Assembly: GCA_964016885.1 (NCBI GenBank)
Contig: OZ024752.1
Location: 4,340,001-4,404,000, forward strand
DNA from: Eledone cirrhosa
Taxonomy: Eukaryota
Length of the DNA: 64,000 nt
Direction of reading: 5' to 3'
Shown: one piece after another, positions 1 to 11,877 of the stretch
Numbering within the stretch: the first letter of the stretch is position 1
Layout: each line of letters opens with the position of its first letter
The notes under the pieces: generated by a model
Told to the model about the DNA's origin: nothing
Seen by the model: only the letters and a program-made list of their open reading frames with translations
The model's database searches: none
Made by a program: the position numbers and the translations under genes

Positions 1-62
1 GACTGTCTGGCGGGTTTTCTACAGTTGGATGCCCTTCCTAACACCAACCACATTTACAGTGT
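1..62 (-). mobile_element. RTE LINE family A, 3'UTR fragment cut by the window edge
   Basis: Matches 1163-1224 of the family A copy; followed by (AT)n. Confidence 0.8.
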
Positions 63-126
63 GTATATATATATATATATACACATACATATACATATAT
101 ATATACACATACATATATATATATAT

Positions 127-246
<120 letters not shown>

Positions 247-340
247 GTATATATGTATATATATATATATGTATAGTTGAATATGTATATGTATATATAT
301 GACAGTTGAAAATTGCAAACTTGACTGTCACCATACATTA

Positions 341-379
341 TGAACCTGAAGATTGCGAAAGCATGAAAGTACTTGTTCA
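341..379 (+). ncRNA. Minimal type I hammerhead ribozyme (Penelope-like type)
   Basis: TGAAC-CTGAAGA-T-TGC(GAAA)GCA-T-GAA-AGTACT-T-GTTCA: stem I TGAAC/GTTCA, intact core, palindromic stem III. Confidence 0.8.
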
Positions 380-656
380 ATTAACACTTAACATTTAATA
401 TTCTATCATACTATTTCATTATAATACCATTATAAATTTTAAAGGATTGTAAATAAAACAAGTAAATCAGACAAAGTTGGAATTCCTTTTATTAATATAT
501 ATATATATGATGATTTCTAATGAATGAAACAGTTCTAGTCCTGTAGAATCTCATCTATATTAAAACTGTTATACTCTGCTATGTATTGAGTACCTTACTT
601 ACTGTGGTTACCTCCGATTCAACCCGGAATAACGTATATATATATATATATATATA

Positions 657-1033
<377 letters not shown>

Positions 1034-1061
1034 ATGTATGTATATATATATGTATATATAT

Positions 1062-1556
1062 CATCATCATCATCAACGTTTAACGTCCGTGTTCCACGCT
1101 TGCATGGGTTTGGACGGGGCTTTTCCCACTTGAGGCAAGAGTGGTTGTCTTGCTCGCATAGGACTGTCTGGCGGGTTTTCTACAGTTGGATGCCCTTCCT
1201 AACACCAACCACATTTACAGTGTGGGTCTGGGAGGTTTTTACCGTGTTGCCTACACGGCCACATTACAGCGTGGACTGTGTGTTTTTTTGTCGTGACACC
1301 TACACGATCTCATTTGTTTCGGCCTGGATGGCGCGGCACCAACATAACTTTACATAGAATGGGGTGGTGTGGATGGGGTGGGGGTGGTGGGACGGGGTGT
1401 ATTTTGTTAGAGATGCCTACTGGCTGGAGTAGGTTTTACTATATATTTAGGTAAGGCGGGTCTTCTCTGTTACTGAGTACCGCCAAAGGTCTCGGTCCAG
1501 TGACATTGTCTTGGAGAGGTGTAAGTGTGTGATGTCGGAGTTTATCAGCTCGTCCC

Positions 1557-1557
<1 letters not shown>
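1062..1557 (-). mobile_element. RTE LINE family A (subfamily A1), 5'-truncated
   Basis: (GAT)n tail, 3'UTR and ORF end ([10 protein letters not shown]...KTRLT) shared with 7025-8852; in (AT)n. Confidence 0.9.
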
Positions 1558-1606
<49 letters not shown>

Positions 1607-1645
1607 ATATATATATATATGTGTATATATATATATATATAAATG

Positions 1646-1721
<76 letters not shown>

Positions 1722-1731
1722 GATATACATA

Positions 1732-1779
<48 letters not shown>

Positions 1780-1790
1780 TATATATATAG

Positions 1791-1823
<33 letters not shown>

Positions 1824-1836
1824 GATATATATATAG

Positions 1837-1899
<63 letters not shown>

Positions 1900-1921
1900 T
1901 ATACATATATATATATATATA

Positions 1922-2196
1922 TGTAGGAGGTGAGTTTTATTGTAGTACAATAAAGCAATGCAAATATCGGATAAGAAGCACTCTACAGTTTGTAGGACTG
2001 GAGTATACATAATATAAGATCAAAAGATGGTTAAAGGAGTTCCATGTATTTTATTATGCGCATTTCAAAAACAAACATCATCATGCAATAATATTTGTGT
2101 TTTCATCAGAAAACACAAATATTATTGCATGATGATGTTTGTTTTTGAAATGCGCATAATAAAATACATGGAACTCCTTTAACCATCTTTTGATCT

Positions 2197-2204
<8 letters not shown>
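1922..2204 (-). mobile_element. Penelope-like pseudo-LTR fragment with a perfect 96-bp fold-back
   Basis: Arms 2009-2104/2109-2204; minus-strand hammerhead core at about 2049-2112; same family at 10543, 19403, 35137, 36460. Confidence 0.75.
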
Positions 2205-2238
<34 letters not shown>

Positions 2239-2244
<6 letters not shown>

Positions 2245-2672
2245 ATACTTTGGGAGGGTCATGTTGCCAATAAGAAACACACGCACCAGTTGCTTTCACT
2301 TCAATTTATTATATATTTATAAATTTATAAATTTACAAATCTACAAACTTATAAATTTCTGGTTGGTTGGTTGGTTCCACAACCAGATAGTTGTTTATAT
2401 ATAGTCATAGTCCTTTCGTCACACACTCTGTGACCTCTTCAGTGACTGGGGATTCCTTTCTTTGTTTCTGTGCCTTTCCTTTCTTCTATCCTACGCCATT
2501 TTGTTTCTGTGTGTGTGTTGTGTGCTCAGTTTGCGTATGCGCCACATCCGGGTGTCTGTGTGTGTTTGTGTTCATTTATCTATTTGTTTATTTACTCCCA
2601 AAGTATAACAATATCGGTTTCAACACACGATTTCAGATAAAGAATCTTGCTAAACAAATTCAGAAACGAAAT
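2239..2672 (-). mobile_element. Penelope-like fragment with a short inverted end and a hammerhead
   Basis: ATTGTTATACTTTGGGAG (2239) inverted at 2595-2612; contains hammerhead 2403-2447; between (AT)n tracts. Confidence 0.6.
2403..2447 (-). ncRNA. Minimal type I hammerhead ribozyme
   Basis: Minus strand AGTCA-CTGAAGA-G-GTCACA(GAGTG)TGTGAC-GAA-AGGACT-A-TGACT. Confidence 0.75.
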
Positions 2673-2690
2673 ATATATATATAGATATAC

Positions 2691-2737
<47 letters not shown>

Positions 2738-2742
2738 TATAG

Positions 2743-2795
<53 letters not shown>

Positions 2796-2800
2796 TATAT

Positions 2801-2883
<83 letters not shown>

Positions 2884-2962
2884 TATACATATATATACAT
2901 ATATATATACATACATACAAATATATATATATATATAAACATACAAATATATATATATATAT

Positions 2963-3352
2963 CATCATCATCATCATCATCATCAGCGTTTAACGTCCGT
3001 GTTCCACGCTTGCATGGGTTTGGACGGGGGTAGTCCCACTTGAGGCAAGAGTGATTGTCTTGCTCGCATAGGACTGTCTGGCAGGTTTTCTACAGTTGGA
3101 TGCCCTTCCTAACACCAACCACATTTACAGTGTGGGTCTGGGAGGTTTTTACCGTGTTGCCTACACGGCCACATTACAGCGTGGACTGTGTGTTTTTTTG
3201 TCGTGACACCTACACGATCTCATTTGTTTCGGCCTCGATGGCGCGGCACCAACATAACTTTACATAGAACGGGGGGGTGTGGATCGGGTGGGGGTGGTGG
3301 GACGGGGTGTATTTGTTAGAGATGCCTACTGGCTGGAGTAGGTTTTACTATA

Positions 3353-3358
<6 letters not shown>
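2963..3358 (-). mobile_element. RTE LINE family A (subfamily A2), 3'UTR only
   Basis: Near-identical to 7025-7418; TAAACATACAAA occurs in both flanks (TSD-like). Confidence 0.9.
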
Positions 3359-3395
<37 letters not shown>

Positions 3396-3397
3396 AT

Positions 3398-3459
<62 letters not shown>

Positions 3460-3825
3460 TCATTTAAAAAGACAATGACATGTTTTTATCAAATTGAACT
3501 ATGAGACATCTAATATGGTAGGACTCACTTTAGGGAATCACTGGTGTAGGCTAATGCAGTATTGTGAATACGGTATATTGTGTTGTATTGTGGTTTAGAG
3601 TAAATGAAAAAAAACTATCCTGCATTGTTAATGGTATCTTCTATTTCTACTTCAAATATCAACACAATCACGACTTACTGGGATGACAAGAAAATAAGGT
3701 TAGCACCAACATTAACAAGATGGAGGATTGAATGAATTCAAACCACAGACAGTATAACTGTTAGTTTGTAACAAATGACTACTGTTGTTGCTGAATATTG
3801 GGAATACATCATCATCATCATTTAA

Positions 3826-4035
3826 CCCTTTAGCATTCAAATTGTGGCCATATCTGGCCACAATTTTCTCCCCTTTTCCTGTTCAAACCGGCCATAACTG
3901 TCTGCTCATACTGATGTTAAGGTTTTGTTCTCCAAATAAATAATATCAAAATCTCGTAGATTCGATATTATGTGAGATAATGTGTTTACCATGAAAAAAT
4001 AATTGTAAATATAGAATAATGTAGATGCTAAAGGG
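3826..4035. mobile_element. TTAA-flanked MITE (piggyBac-type)
   Basis: TIR CCCTTTAGCAT/ATGCTAAAGGG, TTAA on both sides; further copies at 11658, 13613, 15032, 63299. Confidence 0.75.
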
Positions 4036-4659
4036 TTAACAAGCATTTTCCTTTCTTGCAAGCGTTGGACATGTCATCTCCATCTAGTTGCTTTGGTCAC
4101 AACCCCTGGTACTGCAGCCTGCAACGCAGAGGAAGACCAACAAATACCAGGGATTGCCCAGCTGCTTCCTCTTCGCACCAGTCACCATTGACCTCAGGCC
4201 TACTTGGACCCCATACTGCTGAGCTCTTCTGCAATATCAGAACATCAGCAGCCCATGTGAGGAAGGAGCCCCATGAGGTGGCTGTTGCAGCGGGTGTCGC
4301 TGGCCATTGTCTGCGGTCTTGTCCATGGTGTGCAGCCCTAGGCTTAGAGGCCACCACCCTCCCTCTTTCCCCTCCCATCCTTCTGTGACCCTAGAGCCCT
4401 TACCCTTACCCTCATTTTCTGTTTTATGTTTCAATGATATATTTTATTGTACTATAGAATATATCAATAGATTATATTTTTAGTCAACATTATGTATAAA
4501 CAGATTGCTGGCCTTGTGCCAAAAGTAGAAACAATTGTGTATAAACAGATGTAAACACCTTATTTTTATATACTATATCTCTGTTTTAATTCCTTTTTAA
4601 TCATGTCTAAGAGCTATGTGGCCAAAAACAGCAATAGATTAGAATAAATGTCATTTACT

Positions 4660-5085
4660 TTGAGTTGGCACCATCAATGTGAGCACAATGAAAAGAGAAA
4701 TCATAGAGATGTTAGAGCAAAAGGAAACTGATGTCTGCTGTGTGCAAGAGACTAGATGGAGAGGAGAGACCGCTAGAGCTCTTGAAGGCAAAATCAGTGC
4801 TACAAATTTTTCTGGGTGGGAAATGACAACAGGTTGGTTGGTGTATGTACACTATAAGCTGACAAATGGGTAGATAAGGTAATCTCAGTGAACAGGGTGA
4901 ACGCCAGAATCATTAAACTTAGATTAATCCTGAATAAAACAATAGCTACAATTATATCCGCTGGGTTGCCAGACGAACTTAAGGATAGGTTTTATGCGTC
5001 CCTAATGCACACCACCACTCTAACGAATGCCAATAACTTGCTACTCATTGAAGGGGACTTTAACGGACATGTTGGGAAACACTGA
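4660..5085 (+). pseudogene. Decayed AP-endonuclease domain of an RTE LINE
   Basis: Motifs GTINV, DVCCVQETRWRG, RIIKLRL, GDFNGHVG with frameshift/stop. Confidence 0.8.
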
Positions 5086-5415
5086 TAATTCCTCCCTTGT
5101 TAACAGCTTCTTCTAGTTCCATTTCAAATGTAGTGCTTTTAACACATTTTCTCAAAATCACCTCCTCAAATCAATCTCTCTCTATATATACACACACACA
5201 CACACATATATATGCAAGCATGAAAAATAGATGTTAAACGATGATGATGATAATATATATATATATGTATAACCATCTTTTAATACTCCAGTTCTACCAA
5301 CTGTTGAGTGCTACTTATCTGATATATGCATAGTTTTATTATTTTACAATATTACTCATCTCCTACATATATGTATATACATATATATGATAATACATAT
5401 GTATATATATATGTG

Positions 5416-5468
<53 letters not shown>

Positions 5469-5495
5469 GTGTGTGTGTATATATGTATATATATA

Positions 5496-5550
5496 AAACC
5501 CATGCTAGCGTGGAAGATGGACGTTAATCGAAGATGATAATGATGATGAT
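5496..5550 (+). mobile_element. Isolated RTE 3'-terminal motif plus GAT tail
   Basis: AACCCATGCTAGCGTGGAAGATGGACGTTAA...GATGAT in (AT)n; similar stubs at 5213-5250, 28446-28495 (-), 53724-53769. Confidence 0.7.
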
Positions 5551-5732
5551 ATATAGATACATGTATATATATATATATACATACATGTACATATATATAT
5601 ATATGCATACATGTATATATATATGTATACATACATGTATATGTATATGCATGTACACATATATACATACATGTATATATATATATATACATACATGTAT
5701 ATATACATACATTTATATATATATATATATAT

Positions 5733-5763
<31 letters not shown>

Positions 5764-5878
5764 CATACACGTATATATATATGCATGTATATATATATAT
5801 ACATACATGTATATGTATATATATATATATATATATATACATACATGTATATTTATATATACATACATGTATATATAT

Positions 5879-6925
5879 CATCATCATCATTTCATTTTAC
5901 ATCTGCTTTTTCCCTGCTTGCAAGGGTGGGACGGGAACTGAATCTGGCTTGATTTCTACAGCTGGATGCCCTTCCTAACACCAACCTCATTTACAGTGAG
6001 TGCTGGGTGCTTTTTCGTGGCGCCTACACGTCCACTTTACAGTGTGGGCTGGGTGCTTTTTTGCCGTGGCACCTCCACGACCACCTTGCAGTGGGGGCAT
6101 ATTGTCTATATGCTTCAGCTTGTACCCATGGGAGGTCGGGTACTCTGTATTACTGCATGACGCCAGAGGTCACGGTCGTGTGTCATCGCCTTTGAGAGGT
6201 GGTATTGGGTAAGGTCGGCTTTTATCACCTCATCCCAGGTCATCTTGGGTCTCCCCACTCCGCGGTTTCCATCGACTTCTAGTGCTCTGCACCTTTTTAT
6301 GCAGCTGTCATCCTTCATACGCATCACATGTCCATACCAACGCAACCGCCTCTCCTGCACACAGCATTTGATTCCTCTTATGCTCAGTCTCTCTCTCTCA
6401 ATTCGTTTATGCTTTGCCGTTCACGTATATTACTATTACACATCCATCGGAGCATGCAGGCTTCATTTCTCTCTAATATACGTAAGTCTTCCACCTTCAG
6501 CGCCCAGGTCTCACTACCATGTAACATTGCTGTTCGGATACACACATCATACAGTCTGCCTTTCATTTTGAGGGAGAAGCCTTTTGCAGCTAGCAGTGGC
6601 AGTAGTTCCCTGAACTTCTTCCATCCCGTTCTTACCCTAGTTATTGTACTTTCTGAACACCCACCTCCGCTGCTAATTCGGTCACCTAGGTAGCAGAAGC
6701 TGTCTACTGTCTCTACAGAGCCCTCCTAGAGATTGGTAGTACTTATTTCCTGTGGCTGTTTGCTGCTTGCTGTCTCAGCACAGCTGCTGCATGTGAAGCC
6801 TACATTCTTAATTAAGCTTCCTGAGATCCTGCTACATCTCTTGTGTACCCATTGTTTAGATTTGGGGCAGAGAATGGAGTTCCTACCTACACCTTTCCTA
6901 CATACTGAGCAAGGCCATTTCCCTG
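5879..6925 (-). mobile_element. RTE LINE family B, 5'-truncated, with stop and frameshift
   Basis: Highly similar to 51014-52008; [18 protein letters not shown] motifs; (GAT)n tail. Confidence 0.9.
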
Positions 6926-6959
<34 letters not shown>

Positions 6960-7024
6960 CATACAAGTATATATATATACATACATGTATATATATACAT
7001 ACATGTATATATACATATATATAT

Positions 7025-8852
7025 CATCATCATCATCATCATCAGCGTTTAACGTCCGTGTTCCACGCTTGCATGGGTTTGGACGGGGGTAGTCCCACTT
7101 GAGGCAAGAGTGATTGTCTTGCTCGCATAGGACTGTCTGGCAGGTTTTCTACAGTTGGATGCCCTTCCTAACACCAACCACATTTACAGTGTGGGTCTGG
7201 GAGGTTTTTACCGTGTTGCCTACACGGCCACATTACAGCGTGGACTGTGTGTTTTTTTGTCGTGACACCTACACGATCTCATTTGTTTCGGCCTCGATGG
7301 CGCGGCACCAACATAACTTTACATAGAACGGGGTGGTGTGGATCGGGTGGGGGTGGTGGGACGGGGTGTATTTGTTAGAGATGCCTACTGGCTGGAGTAG
7401 GTTTTACTATATATTTAGGTAAGGCGGGTCTTCTCTGTTACTGAGTACCGCCAAAGGTCTCGGTCCAGTGACATTGTCTTGGAGAGGTGTAAGTGTGTGA
7501 TGTCGGAGTTTATCAGCTCGTCCCAGGTTTTTCTAGGTCTGCCTATTCCGTGACTACCGTCTATCTTTATTGCCCTGCACTTTGTTATACAGCTATCGAC
7601 TTTCATGCGCATCACGTGTCCATACCAACGTAGCCTTCTCTCGAGTAAACAACATCTGATCCCTCTTATCTCTAATTTATTCCTTAGTTCGTTTATGCTT
7701 TGCCGTTCACGTATATTACTGTTACACATCCAGCGGAGCATGCAAGCTTCGTTCCTCTCTAGTCTGCGTATATCCTCTGCACACAATGCCCAGGTCTCAC
7801 TGCCATGCAGCATTGCTGTTCGTATGCAGGCATCGTACAACCTGCCTTTCATTTTTAGTGAGAACCCTTTAGCAGCTAATAGTGGTATAAGCTCTCTGAA
7901 CTTTTTCCAACCAGTTCTGACTCTAGCTACAGTACTTTCAGAGCACCCTCCCCCACTGCTGATTTTATCGCCCAGGTAACGGAAGCTGTCCACTATTTCT
8001 ATAGAACCCTCTGCGCAATTGAAAGAGCTAGTAGTTTGTGGGCACTTGCTGCTACTTATTGCACCAGAGCACCGGCCACATGTAAAATCTATGTTCTTAG
8101 TTAGCCTACCTGTGATCCCACTACATCTTTTATGCACCCATACTTTGCATTTAGGACATAAAATGGAGTTTCTACCTACGCCTTTCCTACACACCGAGCA
8201 CGACCATTTCCCAGAAGGGACCGCCGCCTTGTTTTCTTTCCTACAAACTAGTACTTTGGTCTTAGCCAGGTTAATTTTAAGTCCTTTTGACTCTAGGCCG
8301 TGCTTCCATGTTTGGAATTTCTTCTCTAGCTCGGCCATTGATTCCGCTATGAGTGTCAGGTCGTCTGCGTATAGGAGTTCCCATGGGCAGCCTGTCTTGA
8401 ACTCCTCTGTTATGGCCTGAAGGGCAATAATAAATAGTAGTGGACTGAGAACAGAGCCCTGATGGACGCCGACTTTTACGCTAAACTCTTCACTATATTC
8501 GTTGTTAATTCTAACCTTGCTGACTGTTTCTTTATACATGGCTTGTATAGCCCTCACAAGCCATTCGTCAACGCCTAGTTTTCTAAGAGCCCACCAGATA
8601 ATGGAGCGGGGGACTCTGTCGAAGGCTTTCTCCAAGTCGACAAAAGCTAAGTAGAGGGGTTTACCTTTAGCTAGGTACTTCTCTTGTAGTTGTCGTACTA
8701 TGAAAAGAGCGTCTGTGGTACTTTTGCCTGACACAAACCCGAACTGCATTTCATCTAGGTCAATTCTCTCTCTGATTAGCTGCGCTATTACTCTTTCCGT
8801 GACCTTCATGACCTGGTCGATTAATTTAATGCCTCTATAGTTACTCCTATCA
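7025..8852 (-). mobile_element. RTE LINE family A, longest copy (5'-truncated)
   Basis: Uninterrupted RT ORF, 3'UTR, (GAT)n tail, (AT)n on both sides. Confidence 0.95.
7415..8851 (-). CDS. Non-LTR reverse transcriptase (RTE clade), N-terminally truncated, with C4HC3 finger
   Basis: [54 protein letters not shown]. Confidence 0.95.
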   Translation of the reverse strand, partial: DRSNYRGIKLIDQVMKVTERVIAQLIRERIDLDEMQFGFVSGKSTTDALFIVRQLQEKYLAKGKPLYLAFVDLEKAFDRVPRSIIWWALRKLGVDEWLVRAIQAMYKETVSKVRINNEYSEEFSVKVGVHQGSVLSPLLFIIALQAITEEFKTGCPWELLYADDLTLIAESMAELEKKFQTWKHGLESKGLKINLAKTKVLVCRKENKAAVPSGKWSCSVCRKGVGRNSILCPKCKVWVHKRCSGITGRLTKNIDFTCGRCSGAISSSKCPQTTSSFNCAEGSIEIVDSFRYLGDKISSGGGCSESTVARVRTGWKKFRELIPLLAAKGFSLKMKGRLYDACIRTAMLHGSETWALCAEDIRRLERNEACMLRWMCNSNIRERQSINELRNKLEIRGIRCCLLERRLRWYGHVMRMKVDSCITKCRAIKIDGSHGIGRPRKTWDELINSDITHLHLSKTMSLDRDLWRYSVTEKTRLT

Positions 8853-8861
8853 TATATATAT

Positions 8862-9470
8862 GGTGGCTGCCAACTCGTTTTCGAGTACGGCCACTACTTT
8901 ATATCCATGTAGGAGAACTCCTACCGATGCGCTGAACGAGTGTGACTTTTTAGTCCACCCAGCGACATGAAAACTCTGGTACAAACACCACACCTGTGAC
9001 AATTATTGACACATAGTGCTGGGCCCATGGTACCATGTGACGACAAGTGCAGAGAGATCTCCAGATATAAAGCAATGCCTGTGCCGTGAAGCTTTTATAG
9101 TGAGCAAAGGCACTGCACAAAGCCAGTCCCACTCTCTTAACCAAGATGATATTTACCAAAAAGAAGAACATGTCAACATCATTGGATACCATCAGAGTTG
9201 CAGGTGTTATATCAGAGTTTTCCTTCTCCTAGAATTCTGCCTTGACAAAGGCTAAGGGGTCATCTCTCCCGGTGATTTTGGATGGCCATTGACTCTTAAG
9301 AGCTCCTTTGCCCTTTGACAGGTTTTGTTTTTAGTCCTGCAGGATGTCCAAAGTCACCCTCCTCACCAAGAAACCTTGGTGGGGTTGCCAGTTTAGTCGC
9401 CAACGACCCGACCATGAGACAGGTTGTACTGGGATACATATTACCAGTAGCACCAACTGGTGACCTGACA
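8862..9470 (-). mobile_element. ~600-nt non-coding structured element, family NC1
   Basis: Near-identical copy at 52311-52898; same 3' end GGCAGCCACC; embedded in (AT)n. Confidence 0.8.
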
Positions 9471-9566
9471 TAAATATATATATACATACATACATACATA
9501 CATATATATATATATATACATACATATATATATATATACATACATATATATATATATATATACATA

Positions 9567-10283
9567 CATCATCATCATCATCATCATCATCATCATTTTA
9601 CGTCCGCTTTTCCCTGCTTGCAAGGGTGGGACGGGTCTTATTCAGCACAGCATTTCTCCACTCGTCACGGTCCCTCGTCATCTCCACCGTGAGCTTCAAT
9701 GATCTGAGGTCTGTTCTCACCACCTCCGCCCATGTTTTTCGTGGTCTACCTCTACCACGTCTTCCTTCAACTGGCATTTCCTGGCACTTCTTCACCCATC
9801 GGTCATGCTCCATGCGCATCACATGTCCATACCACCTCAGTCTCCTCTCCCGTACACTACATTCTATCCCTCTCAGACACAGTTTCTCTCTCAACACATT
9901 TATGCTGGGTCGTTCACGCACATTTACACTGCACATCCAACGGAGCATGCTTGCCTCATTTCTCTCCAGCCGTCGCATATCCTCTGCGGTTGCTGCCCAT
10001 GTCTCACTACCATGCAGCATCGCGCTCCTCACACAGGCATCATACAACCGGCCTTTCGTACGCAGGGAGAAACCCTTCTTCGTCAACAGAGGAAGCAGCT
10101 CCCTAAACTTCTTCCAACCCCTCCTTATTCTAGATACTATGGCCTCGGAACACCCTCCTCCCATGCTAATCTGATCTCCTAGGTACCGGAAGCTATCCAC
10201 CACTTCTATAGCGCCCTCTCGCATTTGAAAAATGTGTCTATCAATGCAACTTCTACTGTCTAATTTCCCTGTACATCTACTGC

Positions 10284-10284
<1 letters not shown>
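9567..10284 (-). mobile_element. RTE LINE family C, 5'-truncated
   Basis: Open frame FRYLG...[11 protein letters not shown]...GRPRKTW...REKRT* runs into the terminal motif and (GAT)n. Confidence 0.9.
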
Positions 10285-10378
<94 letters not shown>

Positions 10379-10437
10379 CATATATATATATATATACATA
10401 CATATATATATATATATACATACTTATATATATATAT

Positions 10438-10540
<103 letters not shown>

Positions 10541-10583
10541 CATAATATATAAGATCAAAAGATGGTTAAAGGAGTTCCATGTA

Positions 10584-10650
10584 TTTTATTATGCGCATTT
10601 CAAAAACAAACATCATCATGCAATAATATTTGTGTTTTCATCAGATAAAA
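10584..10650 (-). ncRNA. Type I hammerhead ribozyme (ATGCGCAT stem III family)
   Basis: TTTTAT-CTGATGA-long stem II-GAA-ATGCGCAT-A-ATAAAA, within pseudo-LTR copy 10543-10712. Confidence 0.8.
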
Positions 10651-11068
10651 CAGGAGGACATGATATGAAGGCTAAAAAACACTTGTGGATAGTGCAGTTT
10701 TAAATCAACATATGAAAAGTAATTTTAGATTGATGTGTGATATTGGGAAAAATATTTTATTTAGAGAGGGGGGGTGGAAAGGATGAAAAAAGGGGAGGAG
10801 ATGAGAGTGAAGGTGGAGAGGGAGAGATGGGTGATAGAGAGAAAGAGATAGTTTTTATAACTGAGAAAAGATATATTGTTTTACATAGAGAGGTTGAAAA
10901 CCGTTGGAAGATAATGTTTACCTACCTAAGTGCTCCTACTACACGTAACTCTCTGCCACACTATATAAACAAGATGCACGTGCTTGCCACACATATAACA
11001 TTTCCACTATATAACCGCTTATCTTCATGTTGTATTTTAACCTGTATTTTGATTTTTGATTGTACCTT

Positions 11069-11197
11069 TTAATATGAATGTAATCTCGAAGTGTGTACTG
11101 CCACTCTAAATGCTGTAATGAATGTTGACCCACAGTATTTGCATATGTATTGGTATGTCTCTTGGCTGAAAAGGAGGTCATATAACTGTCCATTCAT
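11069..11197 (-). CDS. Short ORF or terminal exon encoding one C2H2 zinc finger
   Basis: [42 protein letters not shown]; candidate acceptor CTCCTTTTCAG| at 11166/11165. Confidence 0.45.
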   Translation of the reverse strand: MNGQLYDLLFSQETYQYICKYCGSTFITAFRVAVHTSRLHSY

Positions 11198-11322
11198 TAA
11201 TAAATTGCTCCGAAGAATCCAAACCTCGGTTTGGAGGAAACAGCTGTAAGCACAATAATGTTTTGAACAGTTCTTTGATTCTTATATTTCATACATGTAT
11301 ATATATATATATACACACATAT

Positions 11323-11406
<84 letters not shown>

Positions 11407-11657
11407 ATATATATATACATGTATGTATATATATATACATGTATGTATATATATATACATACATATATAAGTGAGTACTGGCTGCTTTTTGTCATGACAC
11501 CTACACAACCTGTTGTGGTGGTGGTTAAACCCTAGGTCTATTTGGTCAAAGGGGGACCTGGCATCAAAGGCCTTCCACTCAGGACCATCAATTTTTGCTT
11601 TATTTTTCAAGCTATATGTACTGTGGACTACATTATCTAATGTGTAGTACTCTTTAA

Positions 11658-11877
11658 TACTTTAGCATTTAAACCAGCCATATCTGGCCAGAATTCTCTG
11701 ACCTTTTCTGTTCAAACTGGCCGTATCTTGCTGCTCATACTGATGTTAAGGTATTGTTCTCAAAATAACTAATATCAAAAGCGCCTAGGTTTGATATTAT
11801 GTGAGATATTTATATCAGATAAAATCTTTACCATGAAAATACAATAAAAAATATAGAGTAATGTAAATGCTAAAGTG
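11658..11877. mobile_element. TTAA-flanked MITE, same family as 3826-4035
   Basis: Degenerate TIRs, TTAA both sides, internal similarity. Confidence 0.7.

Noticed and set aside
508-540. Hammerhead-like TGATGA-T-TTC(TAAT)GAA-T-GAAA; similar partial motifs near 26500 and 54770
   Set aside because: Missing the core C, GAAA or stem II; at best decayed remnants
7605-8420. Antisense ORFs over RTE copies (also 6245-6693, 9626-10182, 50546-51688)
   Set aside because: Shadow frames of the RT ORF
8950-9255. 79-80-aa ORFs kept in both NC1 copies
   Set aside because: Copies are too similar for this to show selection; no matching frame seen in NC2
9380-9470. HDV-like ribozyme at the NC1 5' end (P4-like hairpin, CTAA, CCAGT/ACTGG)
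   Set aside because: Could not place P1, P3 and L3 with canonical spacing by eye
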